A DNA stretch of 64,000 nt, taken from assembly GCA_963662545.2 (NCBI GenBank), contig CAXXLL010000002.1, positions 1,824,001 through 1,888,000 of the forward strand. Reading direction: 5' to 3'. The notes under the pieces are model-generated. The model did not search any database. It was not told the DNA's origin and saw only the letters and a program-made list of their open reading frames with translations. This stretch comes from Gammaproteobacteria bacterium. GTDB taxonomy: Bacteria > Pseudomonadota > Gammaproteobacteria > Ga0077536. The position numbers were made by a program, and so were the translations under genes. This document shows positions 9,972-20,567 of this stretch, in pieces (within the stretch, counting starts at the first letter, position 1; each line of letters starts with the position of its first letter).

Positions 9972-10189
9972 TCTCGTTACCTTTCTAGTGCATCGCTCCG
10001 GTCGTCGGTTTGCGTTCGCTGACATACCCGGCCCGATTTTCCTCAACTGAAATCATTGACACAACATTTATCGAATGTGTGGGGAGGATAATCGGGAACC
10101 TCGAGTATGATCGATAAGGAAGTCGGCGGCCCCGGCGGCGGATCCGTTATAATCTCGCGCTGTTCGCACGCTCCGCGGAGGGGTCTAGC

Positions 10190-10783
10190 ATGGACATCGG
10201 CGCTATTGTCTTTCTCGTCATATTGATCGCGCTTGTCGGTTTCGTCGTTGGCGTCTACAACAATCTGGTCAATACGCGAAATCGGTTCAAGAACGCGTTC
10301 GCCCAGATCGACGTGCAGTTGCAGCGCCGCTACGACCTGATCCCGAACCTGGTCGAAACCGCCAAGGGCTACCTCGCCCACGAACGGGAAACGCTGGAAG
10401 CAGTCATCCAGGCACGCAACCAGGCACAGGCCGCGGCCAAGAGTGCCTCCGCGCGGCCCGACGACGCCGCCGCGATCGCTGCGCTCAGCGCCGCCGAAGG
10501 GGTTTTGACGGGCGCGATGGGGCGTTTTTTCGCGCTGGCCGAAGCCTACCCCGACCTCAAGGCGAACGAGACCATGCAGCAGTTGATGGAAGAATTGTCG
10601 TCGACCGAAAATAAGGTGGCGTTTTCGCGCCAGCACTTCAACGACGCGGCAACTGATTACAACAACAAGCGCGAGCAGTTCCCAAACAACATGATCGCGG
10701 GTATGTTTAATTTTTTCGCGGCCGAACTCCTCGAGATCGAAAGCGAGGAGGTGCGCGAAGCACCCAAGGTATCTTTCACCTGA
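10190..10783 (+). CDS. lemA: LemA family protein
   Basis: N-terminal TM, YNNLV, AFAQIDVQLQRRYDLIPNLVE, EAYPDLKAN, FPNN. Confidence 0.93.
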   Translation: MDIGAIVFLVILIALVGFVVGVYNNLVNTRNRFKNAFAQIDVQLQRRYDLIPNLVETAKGYLAHERETLEAVIQARNQAQAAAKSASARPDDAAAIAALSAAEGVLTGAMGRFFALAEAYPDLKANETMQQLMEELSSTENKVAFSRQHFNDAATDYNNKREQFPNNMIAGMFNFFAAELLEIESEEVREAPKVSFT

Positions 10784-10823
10784 ATGACGGATCGCGCCGG
10801 CGCAGCCCTCATGCGCTGAAACA

Positions 10824-12725
10824 ATGAATTTCTACCAGCACCAGGACCGGGCTCGGCGCAAGACCGGTATCCTCGTTCTTTATTTCCTGCTCGCGGTGAC
10901 TCTCATCGCGGCGGCCATTAACGCCTTGATCTTTGTCGCCATGATGTCTACCACGACGCCGCCCATGCAGTTGGCGGCCTGGCTCGAAAAGCCCTATTGG
11001 ATTTTTTTGACTTGTGCCGTGCTCATCGTAATTTGTCTGGGGTCGCTCGTTACAAGTCTCAAGTTACGCGGCGGCGGCCGTGCACTCGCCGGTATGATGG
11101 GAGCGCGCCAGGTCGATCCCACCACGAAAGATTTCAAAGAGCGGCAGATGATCAACGTGGTCGAAGAGATGTCGATCGCGTCCGGCACGCCTGTCCCCGC
11201 GCTATACGTGATGGACGACGAGACGGGCATCAATGCATTCGTCGCGGGCACACGACCGACGGAAACAGTGTTGGTCATCACGCGTGGCGCGCTCGATGCG
11301 TTTTCACGTGACGAATTGCAGGGCGTCATCGGCCACGAGTACAGTCACATTTTCAATAACGACATGCGTATCAATATTCAGCTGATGGGCATTCTCGCCG
11401 GGATCCTGTTGATAGGGCAGCTTGGTCGAGTCATGCTGTACTCCGGCAGTCGCAGCCGCGGCAAAGGCTCCGGACAGGCAGCGATCATCGGATTGGGCAT
11501 CCTTCTGGTCGGCTATATCGGGTTGTTTTTCGGATCTTTGATCAAGGCGGCGATTTCTCGTCAGCGCGAATTCCTGGCCGACGCCTCCGCTGTCCAGTTC
11601 ACGCGGAATCCGCAAGGTATTGCAGGGGCCCTCGACAAGATTAAGCAGCACGTTGATGGTTCGCTGTTAAACAACGCGCACTCAGAGGACGTCAGCCATT
11701 TCTGTTTTGGTGAATCCGTGCACTACGCATTTTCCTCGCTGATGGCGACTCACCCGCGGTTGGAAGATCGGATCGAAGCCGTCGACCCCGAATTCGCCGC
11801 GCGTCGTTTGTCCGAAAAGGCGGAGCGCGAAACCGCCGCGGCCGCGCCTGATGCCGCGAACAGATCACCCCTCCCGGGGATGGCTTCCGGGTTCGCCGGG
11901 GGAAGCGTGTCGACCGACGCCAGTCGAATCGCTGAATCCGTCGGCACTGTGACGCCGGAACAGATCGCGTTTGCCGAATACATCCACCGAAGGATCCCTC
12001 AGCGCTTGCTCGAAAGTACGCATGATGTGGAGACGGCTCCACAGGTCATTTACGCAGCGCTTCTGAACGTGATCGCTGACGAGGATCGCCACATCGGCAT
12101 AACGTTTTTGCGTGAGGCTGAAGGCGCCGATAACGCGGCCGCCATCGAAGATTTGAGCGATCTCGTGGCGCAATTGCCTGCTCGCGCCCGCCTGCCGCTC
12201 GTCAACATTGCCCTTCCGGCACTAAAGCGGCTCGGCGAGGACCGACGCGGTCATTTCATCGATCGTGTTCAGAAGCTGATTGAAATCGATCGCCGCTACA
12301 CGATTTTTGAGTATGCACTATTGCATATTTTGCGGGATCACCTGTCGGCTGTGGCGGAGCGCGCGCCGACTGTTAAGTATTTCAAGTTCGAACAAATTTC
12401 GACCGAACTGCGTATCCTGTTGAGCGTTCTGGCGAGAGTCGGTGCAAAATCCGAAGACGATGCGGCGGCAGCCTTCGACCGTTCATTTAGGCCCTTTGGT
12501 CTGAGTGCGATCACGCTCGAGCGCCGCGGGCAGTGCAATCTCGAGACGCTGACTCAGGCGCTAGACGCGTTGACCCAGTTGTCTCCCCTGCTGAAAAAGA
12601 ATGTCATCAGCGCCTGTGCCGATTGCGTCATCCACGACGGGAAAGTCACCGCTGCCGAAGCGGAACTCCTGCAGGTCATTGCCCTCACCCTCGATTGCCC
12701 GATGCCGCCGCTGCTCGACGCCTAA
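10824..12725 (+). CDS. M48 (HtpX-like) membrane zinc metallopeptidase with C-terminal extension
   Basis: INAFVAG, ELQGVIGHEYSH (HExxH), SRQREFLADASAVQFTRNP, THP; follows lemA. Confidence 0.9.
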   Translation: MNFYQHQDRARRKTGILVLYFLLAVTLIAAAINALIFVAMMSTTTPPMQLAAWLEKPYWIFLTCAVLIVICLGSLVTSLKLRGGGRALAGMMGARQVDPTTKDFKERQMINVVEEMSIASGTPVPALYVMDDETGINAFVAGTRPTETVLVITRGALDAFSRDELQGVIGHEYSHIFNNDMRINIQLMGILAGILLIGQLGRVMLYSGSRSRGKGSGQAAIIGLGILLVGYIGLFFGSLIKAAISRQREFLADASAVQFTRNPQGIAGALDKIKQHVDGSLLNNAHSEDVSHFCFGESVHYAFSSLMATHPRLEDRIEAVDPEFAARRLSEKAERETAAAAPDAANRSPLPGMASGFAGGSVSTDASRIAESVGTVTPEQIAFAEYIHRRIPQRLLESTHDVETAPQVIYAALLNVIADEDRHIGITFLREAEGADNAAAIEDLSDLVAQLPARARLPLVNIALPALKRLGEDRRGHFIDRVQKLIEIDRRYTIFEYALLHILRDHLSAVAERAPTVKYFKFEQISTELRILLSVLARVGAKSEDDAAAAFDRSFRPFGLSAITLERRGQCNLETLTQALDALTQLSPLLKKNVISACADCVIHDGKVTAAEAELLQVIALTLDCPMPPLLDA

Positions 12726-12746
12726 ACGCTTATGAAATAGGCGATC

Positions 12747-13382
12747 TCATGCCTGTGCGCTTGGTCGCGCCGCGACCCGGTCAAACCAGGCGCGCGTGCG
12801 GTCGTTTTTTTCGGGGATCTTGAAATCTACCCAGCCTACGAATTCCACCGCGCAGAACGCCGTGATGTCGGCCATCGTGAAAATTTCGCAGGCGACGAAG
12901 TCAGTCGCTTCGAGGTAGCCTTCGAGCCCGTCGAAGAAGCGCACCAGTGTTTGCCGGCCGCGCTCGACGAGCGCCGGAATGGCCGGAATAGAGTCCGAAC
13001 CGCCGCCCGGTATGCTCCGCTCGGCGAATCTTTCGTGTTGATTGCGAAAGATCTCGGAACCGGCAATCATCCCCTCGAATTCCATTTGACGTTGGCGCGA
13101 TTCGACCAGGGCTTTCTCTCGGGCGTCGCGCCCGAGCAGCGGCGGATCGGGCTGGATTTCTTCGAAATAGCGGCAGATAGCCATGACTTCGTCGAAGCAG
13201 GTGCCGTCGTCCAACTCGAGAGTCGGTAGCAGACCGCGTGGATTGATCTTCAAGAATTCGGGCTCGAGGTTCTCGCCCTCAACGATGTTGAGTTCGACCG
13301 TCGGAATGTCGATGCCTTTTTCGGCGATGAAAATGCGCGCCCGGCGCGGGTTGGGTGCCATTTTGCAGTCGTACAGCTTCAT
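12747..13382 (-). CDS. Glutathione S-transferase family protein
   Basis: MKLYD...APNPRRARIFIAEK, INPRGLLPTLELDDG, FTMADI; GGAGGAG RBS. Confidence 0.9.
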   Translation of the reverse strand: MKLYDCKMAPNPRRARIFIAEKGIDIPTVELNIVEGENLEPEFLKINPRGLLPTLELDDGTCFDEVMAICRYFEEIQPDPPLLGRDAREKALVESRQRQMEFEGMIAGSEIFRNQHERFAERSIPGGGSDSIPAIPALVERGRQTLVRFFDGLEGYLEATDFVACEIFTMADITAFCAVEFVGWVDFKIPEKNDRTRAWFDRVAARPSAQA

Positions 13383-13498
13383 CGAGTTCGTCTCCTCCTG
13401 TTTCGATGGGGCACGCATTCAGCGGTCCTCATGAAATATGCCGGCTAAATCAAAACGACCCGGATCTCGCGCTCTGCGAGCCCGCTCGGCTACCGTTG

Positions 13499-14839
13499 CT
13501 ACTGCCCGCTGGTCAGGCTGGATACGCTGAAAATACGTTTGATTGCCGCAGGACTCATCGTCGGATACAGGGTGTCGGTGCGCGCCGAAACGACCGTGGC
13601 CGTGTTGTCGAGGCGATCAATGTTGATCTGCCCCCGCCAACGCGACACCGACACCTCGATCGACGCTTCGCTACCGTCGTCCGGCAGCGGCCGCCGATAG
13701 ACCGTCTGCATCGTTTTCCACAACAGATTGTCGTGATTGAAGATCAAGGAAAGCGCGACGCCGAATGTCTGGCGATCGATGAATAGTACCCGGCTGCGGT
13801 AAGGGTGCCCCTCCCATACGGACTTCACTTCTACCACGTGGCAGTTTCGCAGCTGCCAACGGTCATCCGGTAAGCGGCTAAATGGCCCGAAAGTACGCTG
13901 CTTTTCCTGCTTGGTGTCGGCCACGTGGAGGATTTGCTTCTGTCCGAGGTAGGTCCATTTGTAATCGAGCACGCGCCCGGAAAAGCCCTCGAAATCATCG
14001 AGCGTTCCATTCGATCCCATGAAACTGTCGGCGCGTTCGCGCGCCGAGAACCGGCGTATGCGCCGCTCGGTCGGCAGGTAGGTGTTGACCTGGTCATCGG
14101 CGTGCGGGTCCAGCATGCGTTCAATGACGAACTTGGTGCCTTTGACATTGAAGGGGTCGAGGAACTCCATGTAATCTTTGAAGAATCTCGTATCACTGTC
14201 GGGCACCTCGACGCGGTAGTCTTGGTCCGGCAGCATCGCCAGCTTGTTCAGGTAGACGCGGTGGTAGGACTGGGTCAGGGTCCGGTCGAGACTACCGCCG
14301 CCTACGAGTCCCGCCTCCGGATCGAGCGGCGCGGGGCCGCTTGAGGACCCCACGTAGGCCATTGTCACTTCGTCGACTTTGTAACCGTAGAACTGCCAGC
14401 GGTGGATCTGATTCCAGGCGAGCATGTATCCGCCCGTAGCGGGATCGGCACTGATGATCTGCTCGTGCGTGAAAGGTCGGCCCGCCGTGTAATTTCCAAG
14501 TCGCCCATCCGCACCAATCGTGGCCTGCCCCTTGAAACGCTCGGTCGCTTCTACGTAGGAGCGGTGCCCCGGGTAGTCCGCAGTCTCCTGTATCTCGACG
14601 GTGACTTCGGGGAACTGAAATTCTTCGAAATAGCCTGGCGGTATCCAGGCCCGTAGCGGTGCGAGTTCGTCGACTTCGACGATCGTGCCGACCGACGGTG
14701 GATCGGCTAAAGTTGTTTCTGTTAACCAGGCGCCGATGTCGTCGCGCGTGACATTTTCGGCAAATACGGTTGCCAAAAAAAGGTTAGCGAATGCTGTCGT
14801 AATTCCGACTGTCAGTTTAAAAATGTTCATTTGATGCAC
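13499..14839 (-). CDS. DUF1329-family periplasmic protein (LolA-like C-terminal part)
   Basis: Signal peptide; NYTAGRPF, YLPTERRIRR, FMGS..TLDDFEGFSG, W.LR...VVE, HPY.SRVLFID; start may be 14830. Confidence 0.75.
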   Translation of the reverse strand: MHQMNIFKLTVGITTAFANLFLATVFAENVTRDDIGAWLTETTLADPPSVGTIVEVDELAPLRAWIPPGYFEEFQFPEVTVEIQETADYPGHRSYVEATERFKGQATIGADGRLGNYTAGRPFTHEQIISADPATGGYMLAWNQIHRWQFYGYKVDEVTMAYVGSSSGPAPLDPEAGLVGGGSLDRTLTQSYHRVYLNKLAMLPDQDYRVEVPDSDTRFFKDYMEFLDPFNVKGTKFVIERMLDPHADDQVNTYLPTERRIRRFSARERADSFMGSNGTLDDFEGFSGRVLDYKWTYLGQKQILHVADTKQEKQRTFGPFSRLPDDRWQLRNCHVVEVKSVWEGHPYRSRVLFIDRQTFGVALSLIFNHDNLLWKTMQTVYRRPLPDDGSEASIEVSVSRWRGQINIDRLDNTATVVSARTDTLYPTMSPAAIKRIFSVSSLTSGQ

Positions 14840-14938
14840 TAATAACCGAGTACGGACCGGGATGAGACACGCAAATCATTTCCTCTGTATAGGCTATCAG
14901 AAAATTAACGATCAACGGTTCCTGTTGCAATAAGCTGC

Positions 14939-16759
14939 CTACGCGGAGGCCTCGACGGCCGGCACGGCGGAAACCGGCGCATCCCGGAACTGCATCTTTG
15001 CGAGCCTCGCATACAGCCCGTCGTCGCGCGCCAGCTCGTCGTGCGTGCCGGTTGCGACGATTCTCCCGCCGTCCATGACGATGATGCGATCGACGCTACG
15101 CACGGTCGCGAGGCGATGGGCGATGATCAGCGTAGTCCGGCCTCGCATCAGGCTGGCCAAGGCCTGCTGCACTAGGACCTCGCTTTCGGCATCCAGGGCG
15201 CTCGTCGCTTCGTCGAGCAGAAGTACGGGTGGCGCCTTGAGCACCGCACGAGCGATGGCAATGCGCTGTTGCTGGCCGCCCGACAAGCGCACGCCGCGTT
15301 CGCCGACGAAAGTATCATAACCGTCGGGGAGGCGTTCGATGAAATCGTCCGTGGCAGCCGCGCGCGCGGCACCTATAACGGCCTCATCGCTTGCGTCCGG
15401 GCGCCCGTAGCGAATGTTTTCGAGGATGGTGTCGGCGAAGAGGACCGTTTCCTGGGGAACGATGGCGATGTGCTTGCGTACGTCCTCAGGCAAGGCGCGG
15501 GCGACATCGACTTCGTCCAGTAATACGCGGCCAGTCTGTGGCTGATAGAACGCCAGCAGCAATTGAAATACGGTGGTTTTTCCAGCCCCTGAGGGACCGA
15601 CCAGCGCGACGGTTTCACCTTGGGCGATTGCAAAAGAAAAATTCCGGAGCGCCGGTTGGGACGGCCGCGACGGATAGTTGAAGGTCACATTTTCGAACGC
15701 TATCTCGCCGAATCCCGGATCCGGCAATGCGATCGGATCAGCGGGCCGATTGGTGCGAGGGTCGGTGGCGAGCAGCTCGACTAGCCGTTCGGTCGCGCCA
15801 GCCGCTTGTTGCAGGACGCTCCATATTTCGCTTAATCCGGCCGTCGAACCGCCGACGAATATCGCGTAGAGCAGGTACTGGCCGAGTTCGCCGCCGCTCA
15901 TGCGCCCGAGCGCCACGTCTTGTGCCCCCATCCACAAGACCCAGACCAGTCCGCCGAAAATCGTGATGATGGCGTAAGCGGTCAAAAAAGCGCGCTGGCG
16001 CACGCGTCTCTTTGCGGTAACAAACGACTGTTCCACGGCTTCTTCAAAGCGATCACCGTGAAGACGCTCGAGCGTGAAGGCCTGTATGAGCGGCATGGCG
16101 TTCAGAACTTCGCCGGCCAGGGCCGAGGCATCCGCAATGCGATCCTGAGTATCGCGGGACAAACGGCGCACGCGCCGGCCGATCAGCACGATGGGCACGA
16201 CGACCGCCGGCACGAGCAAGACGATCATCATGGTCAGGCGCGGACTCGTGACGGCGAGCATGACGAGTGCACCGAGCAGCGTGACGAAGCTGCGCAGCGC
16301 AATCGACAGACTGCTCCCGACCACCGTCTGAATCAGGGTGGTGTCGGCCGTTAGGCGCGACAGGATCTCGCCCGTCCGCGTCACTTCAAAAAAGCTGGGA
16401 CTCATCTCCAGGACGTGGCGGAAGACGGCAGAGCGAATATCCGCCACCACCCGCTCGCCGAGCCAGGACACCAGGTAGAACCGCAACGCCGCGAAACACG
16501 CGGTTACCGCTGCGAGCACAAACAAGGCGATGAAATAGCGGTCTACCGCCGCGGCCTGCGCCGAACCGATCCCGGCATCGATAACATAGCGAACGGCGAT
16601 TGGCATGCCGAGGGTCGCCGCCGCGGCGGCGAGCAATGCAAGCAAGGCGGCCCCGATGACCGTCCGGTACGGTGACAGAAAAGGCACCAACCCACGCAGT
16701 GGCCGCAGGCGGCCGCGAACAGAGGGAGTGCGCAATACAGTGCCCCGATCGGAGCTCAT
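14939..16759 (-). CDS. ABCB/MsbA-related ABC exporter (fused permease and ATPase)
   Basis: RFYLVSWLGERVVADIR, GEILSRLTADTTLIQ, GPSGAGKTT, LSGGQQQRIAIAR. Confidence 0.9.
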   Translation of the reverse strand: MSSDRGTVLRTPSVRGRLRPLRGLVPFLSPYRTVIGAALLALLAAAAATLGMPIAVRYVIDAGIGSAQAAAVDRYFIALFVLAAVTACFAALRFYLVSWLGERVVADIRSAVFRHVLEMSPSFFEVTRTGEILSRLTADTTLIQTVVGSSLSIALRSFVTLLGALVMLAVTSPRLTMMIVLLVPAVVVPIVLIGRRVRRLSRDTQDRIADASALAGEVLNAMPLIQAFTLERLHGDRFEEAVEQSFVTAKRRVRQRAFLTAYAIITIFGGLVWVLWMGAQDVALGRMSGGELGQYLLYAIFVGGSTAGLSEIWSVLQQAAGATERLVELLATDPRTNRPADPIALPDPGFGEIAFENVTFNYPSRPSQPALRNFSFAIAQGETVALVGPSGAGKTTVFQLLLAFYQPQTGRVLLDEVDVARALPEDVRKHIAIVPQETVLFADTILENIRYGRPDASDEAVIGAARAAATDDFIERLPDGYDTFVGERGVRLSGGQQQRIAIARAVLKAPPVLLLDEATSALDAESEVLVQQALASLMRGRTTLIIAHRLATVRSVDRIIVMDGGRIVATGTHDELARDDGLYARLAKMQFRDAPVSAVPAVEASA

Positions 16760-16949
16760 CCCAAAACGATTCCTTTGAGCGCACGGCACAATCCGCAAGC
16801 GGTTCTCGCGATAGTTGACGGGGCCGAGTTATTAGGGGTGAAGTTGTTTTGGGTGCTCATTTTCGATTGGCGGCCGCGATGCGTGCGTGGCCGCGTTCGA
16901 CCATAACACAAGGCCTAGCCGTCGCGTCCTGAACGGCTAAACTGTCCCC

Positions 16950-17543
16950 ATGTCGAAGCCCTTTATCCCGGCCGCGGACAGGAACAAAGATCCTATCGCG
17001 ACCGTACTCACGCGTATTTTGGATTGCGTCGAGCACGTTCTCGAAATCGGTTCGGGTACGGGCCAGCACGCGGTTCATTTCGCTGCCAAGCTACCGCATC
17101 TCGTATGGCAGCCGTCCGATCTGCCGGCATACCAGGAAGGCATTCGCAGTTGGGTCGACGCAGCGCGGCTCACGAACCTGAATGCACCCATAGTACTCGA
17201 CGTCATGCAGCACCCGTGGCCGACGGTTGAAGTCGATGCCGTTTACTCGGCGAATACCGTGCACTACATGCCCTGGGCCTCCGTTTTATCAATGTTTCGA
17301 GGAATTTCTAGGTTGCTGCCGCGTGCCGGCGTATTCGCCCTGTACGGTCCGTTCAACTACGACGGCAAATTCGTGAGCGAAGGAAACCGCCAGCTCGATA
17401 AATGGCTCAAATCTGAGGATCCGCGCTACGGGATCCGTGATTTCGAAGCACTTGAAATCCTTGCGGCAGACCTCGCCATGCGCTTGCGCGAAGATTGCAC
17501 CCTGCCGGCCAACAACCGGTTGCTCGTCTGGGAGCGGGCGTAA
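16950..17543 (+). CDS. DUF938 class I SAM-dependent methyltransferase
   Basis: AADRNKDPI, VLEIGSGTGQHA, WQPSD, YGPF, LPANN. Confidence 0.88.
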   Translation: MSKPFIPAADRNKDPIATVLTRILDCVEHVLEIGSGTGQHAVHFAAKLPHLVWQPSDLPAYQEGIRSWVDAARLTNLNAPIVLDVMQHPWPTVEVDAVYSANTVHYMPWASVLSMFRGISRLLPRAGVFALYGPFNYDGKFVSEGNRQLDKWLKSEDPRYGIRDFEALEILAADLAMRLREDCTLPANNRLLVWERA

Positions 17544-17647
17544 ACCGCGAAACACTGAGACGGCGGTTCGCCGCGCACCGAACGAGGCGGGTCCGAACGC
17601 ACGCGTGTCCGTGCAGGATGGAATTCTATACACACCAAAGCGGGTAT

Positions 17648-17998
17648 CTATGCCGAGCTGGATTCAGCCTGCTCCGCGCAATCGATGCAGTGGAGAACAG
17701 TTGCGTCAATATCGAGCCGCTGTTCCGAAATCTCTTCACCGCAGGTGATGCAGGCGCCGAAGTTTCCGTCGTCGATACGCGAGAGGGCCGTAGCGATACG
17801 CACGAGTTGCATTTTTCGTCGGCGATTGGCGGCAGCTGACATCGCCTGGGCCTGCATGGCATCCATCCGCGAAACGCGGCCAACCCGCGCTTGGTCGAGT
17901 TCGACGGGTTCCGCTGCCGCGCTGCCGGCCTCGAGATCGGCCTCGATCTCAGAGCGGCGTTTAAGCAGCGCTTCGCGCCATGCGGCGGCGCTCTTCAC
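17648..17998 (-). CDS. TraR/DksA family C4 zinc-finger protein
   Basis: VELDQARVGRVSRMDAMQ coiled-coil tip; FGACITCGEEI...RL...CIDC. Confidence 0.88.
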   Translation of the reverse strand: MKSAAAWREALLKRRSEIEADLEAGSAAAEPVELDQARVGRVSRMDAMQAQAMSAAANRRRKMQLVRIATALSRIDDGNFGACITCGEEISEQRLDIDATVLHCIDCAEQAESSSA

Positions 17999-18004
17999 GA
18001 GCGG

Positions 18005-18406
18005 TCAGACCTCAACGCGGAAGGCGTCGTCGACGGCTACCTGCAGAGTCGTCACGAGACCGTTGGTCTGGTGTGCCATGCCGATAACGGCCACCAGTTC
18101 CGCGTGCTGCGCATCCGTCATACCTTTCGCGCGGGCGGCGGCCGTATGCGAATGCGTGCAGTATTCACAGGAATTCGCGACGGAAACCGCGATGTAGATA
18201 AATTCCTTGGTCAATGCATCAATGGTTCCGGGCGCCATTACGTCCTTGGCCGCCTCCCAGGTCCTTTTGAGTTGCGCCGGATCATGCGCCAGTGCCTTCC
18301 AGAAATTGTTGATGAAATCCGTCTTACGGATCTTTCGGATGTCGTCGTAGACGGCACGGACCTCATGGGAGGCATCCTCGTATTCAATCAATCCGACCGT
18401 CGCCAT
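18005..18406 (-). CDS. Carboxymuconolactone decarboxylase/AhpD-like protein
   Basis: KEFIYIAVSVANSCEYCTHSH (CxxC..H); AAGGAGG before ATG 18406. Confidence 0.87.
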   Translation of the reverse strand: MATVGLIEYEDASHEVRAVYDDIRKIRKTDFINNFWKALAHDPAQLKRTWEAAKDVMAPGTIDALTKEFIYIAVSVANSCEYCTHSHTAAARAKGMTDAQHAELVAVIGMAHQTNGLVTTLQVAVDDAFRVEV

Positions 18407-18423
18407 AAATGCCTCCTTTGCGC

Positions 18424-19566
18424 TCAGCCATTCGTTCCGGCTGCGCGTTCGCGCCCGTCCGCCGAATCCACACTTGCAGACCCGATGTCGACGAGGCGCG
18501 TCCAACCGTAAGGATCGGGACGGCGGCCATATTGCAAGGCCGTGAGTTCTTCGTAGAGCCGCGTCGCGACGGGCCCCGGTTCACCGTCCCTGATCACGAT
18601 CTCCTGGTCGTCATACGACAGCCGGCCAACCGGGGCCACGACGGCACCGGTGCCCATGCCGAAGATCTCGGTCACCTTGCCGTCCCGCAGGCCCGCTATG
18701 ACTTCGTCGATGGTGATGCGGCGCTCGGTCAGGGTATAGCCCAGGTCTGGTGCGAGCTGGAAAAGCGAGCGGCGGGTGATCCCCTTCAGGATGGCACCCG
18801 TTAAGCTCGGCGTGACGATTTCCTCTCCACCGAACACGAAAGCGATATTCATTGCCCCGACTTCGTCGACGTATTTTCGCTCGACACCGTCGAGCCACAG
18901 TACCTGTTGGTAGCCTTTTTTCAGCGCGATTTCAGTCGCCGCGATGGAGCCGGCGTAATTGCCCGGCGTTTTCGCCTCGCCGGTACCGCCGCGCACCGAA
19001 CGGACGAAATCCCGGGAGACGTACACCGAGACCGGCGCGAAACCCTCGGCAAAATAGGGCGCCACCGGGGACAGAATAATGTAGTGCAGATATTCGTGAC
19101 TCGCCCGGACCTCGAGCGAGGTCTCCGTTGCGATCATGACCGGCCGGATATACAGCGCCGTACCTGCCCGGTCCGGCACCCAGCGGTGCTCCAGGCGCAC
19201 GAGTTCCTCGATCGCGCCTAAGTGAAATTCGGGATCGACGGTCGGCATACCCATGCGCTCGGCTGAGTGATTGAAGCGCTCGACGTTCAACTCCGTGCGG
19301 AACAGGTTGATATTACCGTCGGCCCGGCGGTAGGCCTTGGTGCCGTCGAAGATCATCTGGCCGTTATGGTAGACGGTCGTCGCGGGATCGAGCGTGATGG
19401 AACGGTACGGTCCGATTACAGGGTCGTGCCAACCGCGATCCAGCGAGTACGACTGGGAAAACATGCGGTCGGTAAAGTAAAGGCCGAAGCCGAGGCGCTC
19501 CGGCAGTTCGATCTTTGCGGTTTCACCGATCGGCTCAATGCGTATCTGTTGTCTGATCTCGGACAT
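18424..19566 (-). CDS. ilvE: Branched-chain amino acid aminotransferase (long type)
   Basis: LGFGLYFTDRM, LYIRP, GGTGEAKTPGNY, QQVLWLD, EVGAMNI, ILKGITR, GTGAVVAPVG. Confidence 0.88.
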   Translation of the reverse strand: MSEIRQQIRIEPIGETAKIELPERLGFGLYFTDRMFSQSYSLDRGWHDPVIGPYRSITLDPATTVYHNGQMIFDGTKAYRRADGNINLFRTELNVERFNHSAERMGMPTVDPEFHLGAIEELVRLEHRWVPDRAGTALYIRPVMIATETSLEVRASHEYLHYIILSPVAPYFAEGFAPVSVYVSRDFVRSVRGGTGEAKTPGNYAGSIAATEIALKKGYQQVLWLDGVERKYVDEVGAMNIAFVFGGEEIVTPSLTGAILKGITRRSLFQLAPDLGYTLTERRITIDEVIAGLRDGKVTEIFGMGTGAVVAPVGRLSYDDQEIVIRDGEPGPVATRLYEELTALQYGRRPDPYGWTRLVDIGSASVDSADGRERAAGTNG

Positions 19567-19619
19567 GTGTTTGTTGACTGTAAGAGCCCGTTTGCAGGCG
19601 AATGACGTGATTTAGAATT

Positions 19620-20558
19620 TCAACCGTCGATGGCTTCGGTGAACGCTTCATCCTCGTGCGCCGCCCAGTAGAGCTGGCGAAGTCTGATCGACGCCTCCCC
19701 CGGTTTACCGTCTGCAACCGGCTTGCCATCCAAGCGTGTGACCGGCATGACGCCACCGGCGGTGCTGGTCAAAAAGATCTCGTCAGCGCCGTAAAGAACC
19801 GCCGGGTCAAACATCGTAACACGGGTTTCGATCCCGTCCCGCGCTGCGAGTTCCAGCACCGTCTTGCGCGTGATCCCCTCCAGCACGCCGCTGGCAGGTG
19901 TCCACAGGACGCTATCCTTTAGCACGAAGATGTTAAAGCCCGGGCCCTCGGTCACCTCGCCGGCTGCGTTCAGTAAGACGACGGTTGCCGCTTCGCGCTC
20001 ATAGGCCTCGTATAAACCCCGGGTCATGTCGCCCCAATGGAAATTCTTAATGGCCGGATCGACCGAGCTTGGTTCGATGCGCGTGACCTCGCGGGCGACT
20101 ATTAAGTGAGTGCCGACGAGTTGGTCGGCAGGCTGCACAATCCAGACGTAGGGAATGGCGAAAGCATAGAAACGGTTCTGGAATTGGCGCGGATCGCGAA
20201 CTCCCGCGGGCGGGACGCCACGGGTGAGAATCATCTCAACATAGGCGTCCTCTAGCTGTGATCGGCGGACGCATTCGTGGAGGATTTGGCGCATCTCGGC
20301 AAGCGATAACGGCGGGCGCAGGTGCATTGCCTGCCAACTTCGCTCGAAGCGCGCGAGATGATCTTCGAGCCGAAAGAAACGTTTCTTCCAGGTCGCGACG
20401 ACATCATAGGTGCAATCGGAGCGGGTGAACCCGGTATCCGTGATGGGGATGCGGGCTTTGGCGATGGGCAGGTAGTCGCCCTCGATCCAGGCACAGCCCT
20501 CGGCGTAAATGTTTTCGCTTTCAGTGCTGTTCTCAATATTCGTTGCACGCGTACTCAT
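19620..20558 (-). CDS. Fold-type IV PLP aminotransferase resembling (R)-selective amine transaminases
   Basis: DTGFTRSDCTYDV, FFRLEDH, YVEMILTRG, DPAIKNFHWGD, TEGPGFN, LEGITR, TSTAGG. Confidence 0.85.
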   Translation of the reverse strand: MSTRATNIENSTESENIYAEGCAWIEGDYLPIAKARIPITDTGFTRSDCTYDVVATWKKRFFRLEDHLARFERSWQAMHLRPPLSLAEMRQILHECVRRSQLEDAYVEMILTRGVPPAGVRDPRQFQNRFYAFAIPYVWIVQPADQLVGTHLIVAREVTRIEPSSVDPAIKNFHWGDMTRGLYEAYEREAATVVLLNAAGEVTEGPGFNIFVLKDSVLWTPASGVLEGITRKTVLELAARDGIETRVTMFDPAVLYGADEIFLTSTAGGVMPVTRLDGKPVADGKPGEASIRLRQLYWAAHEDEAFTEAIDG

Positions 20559-20567
20559 GCTGCGATC

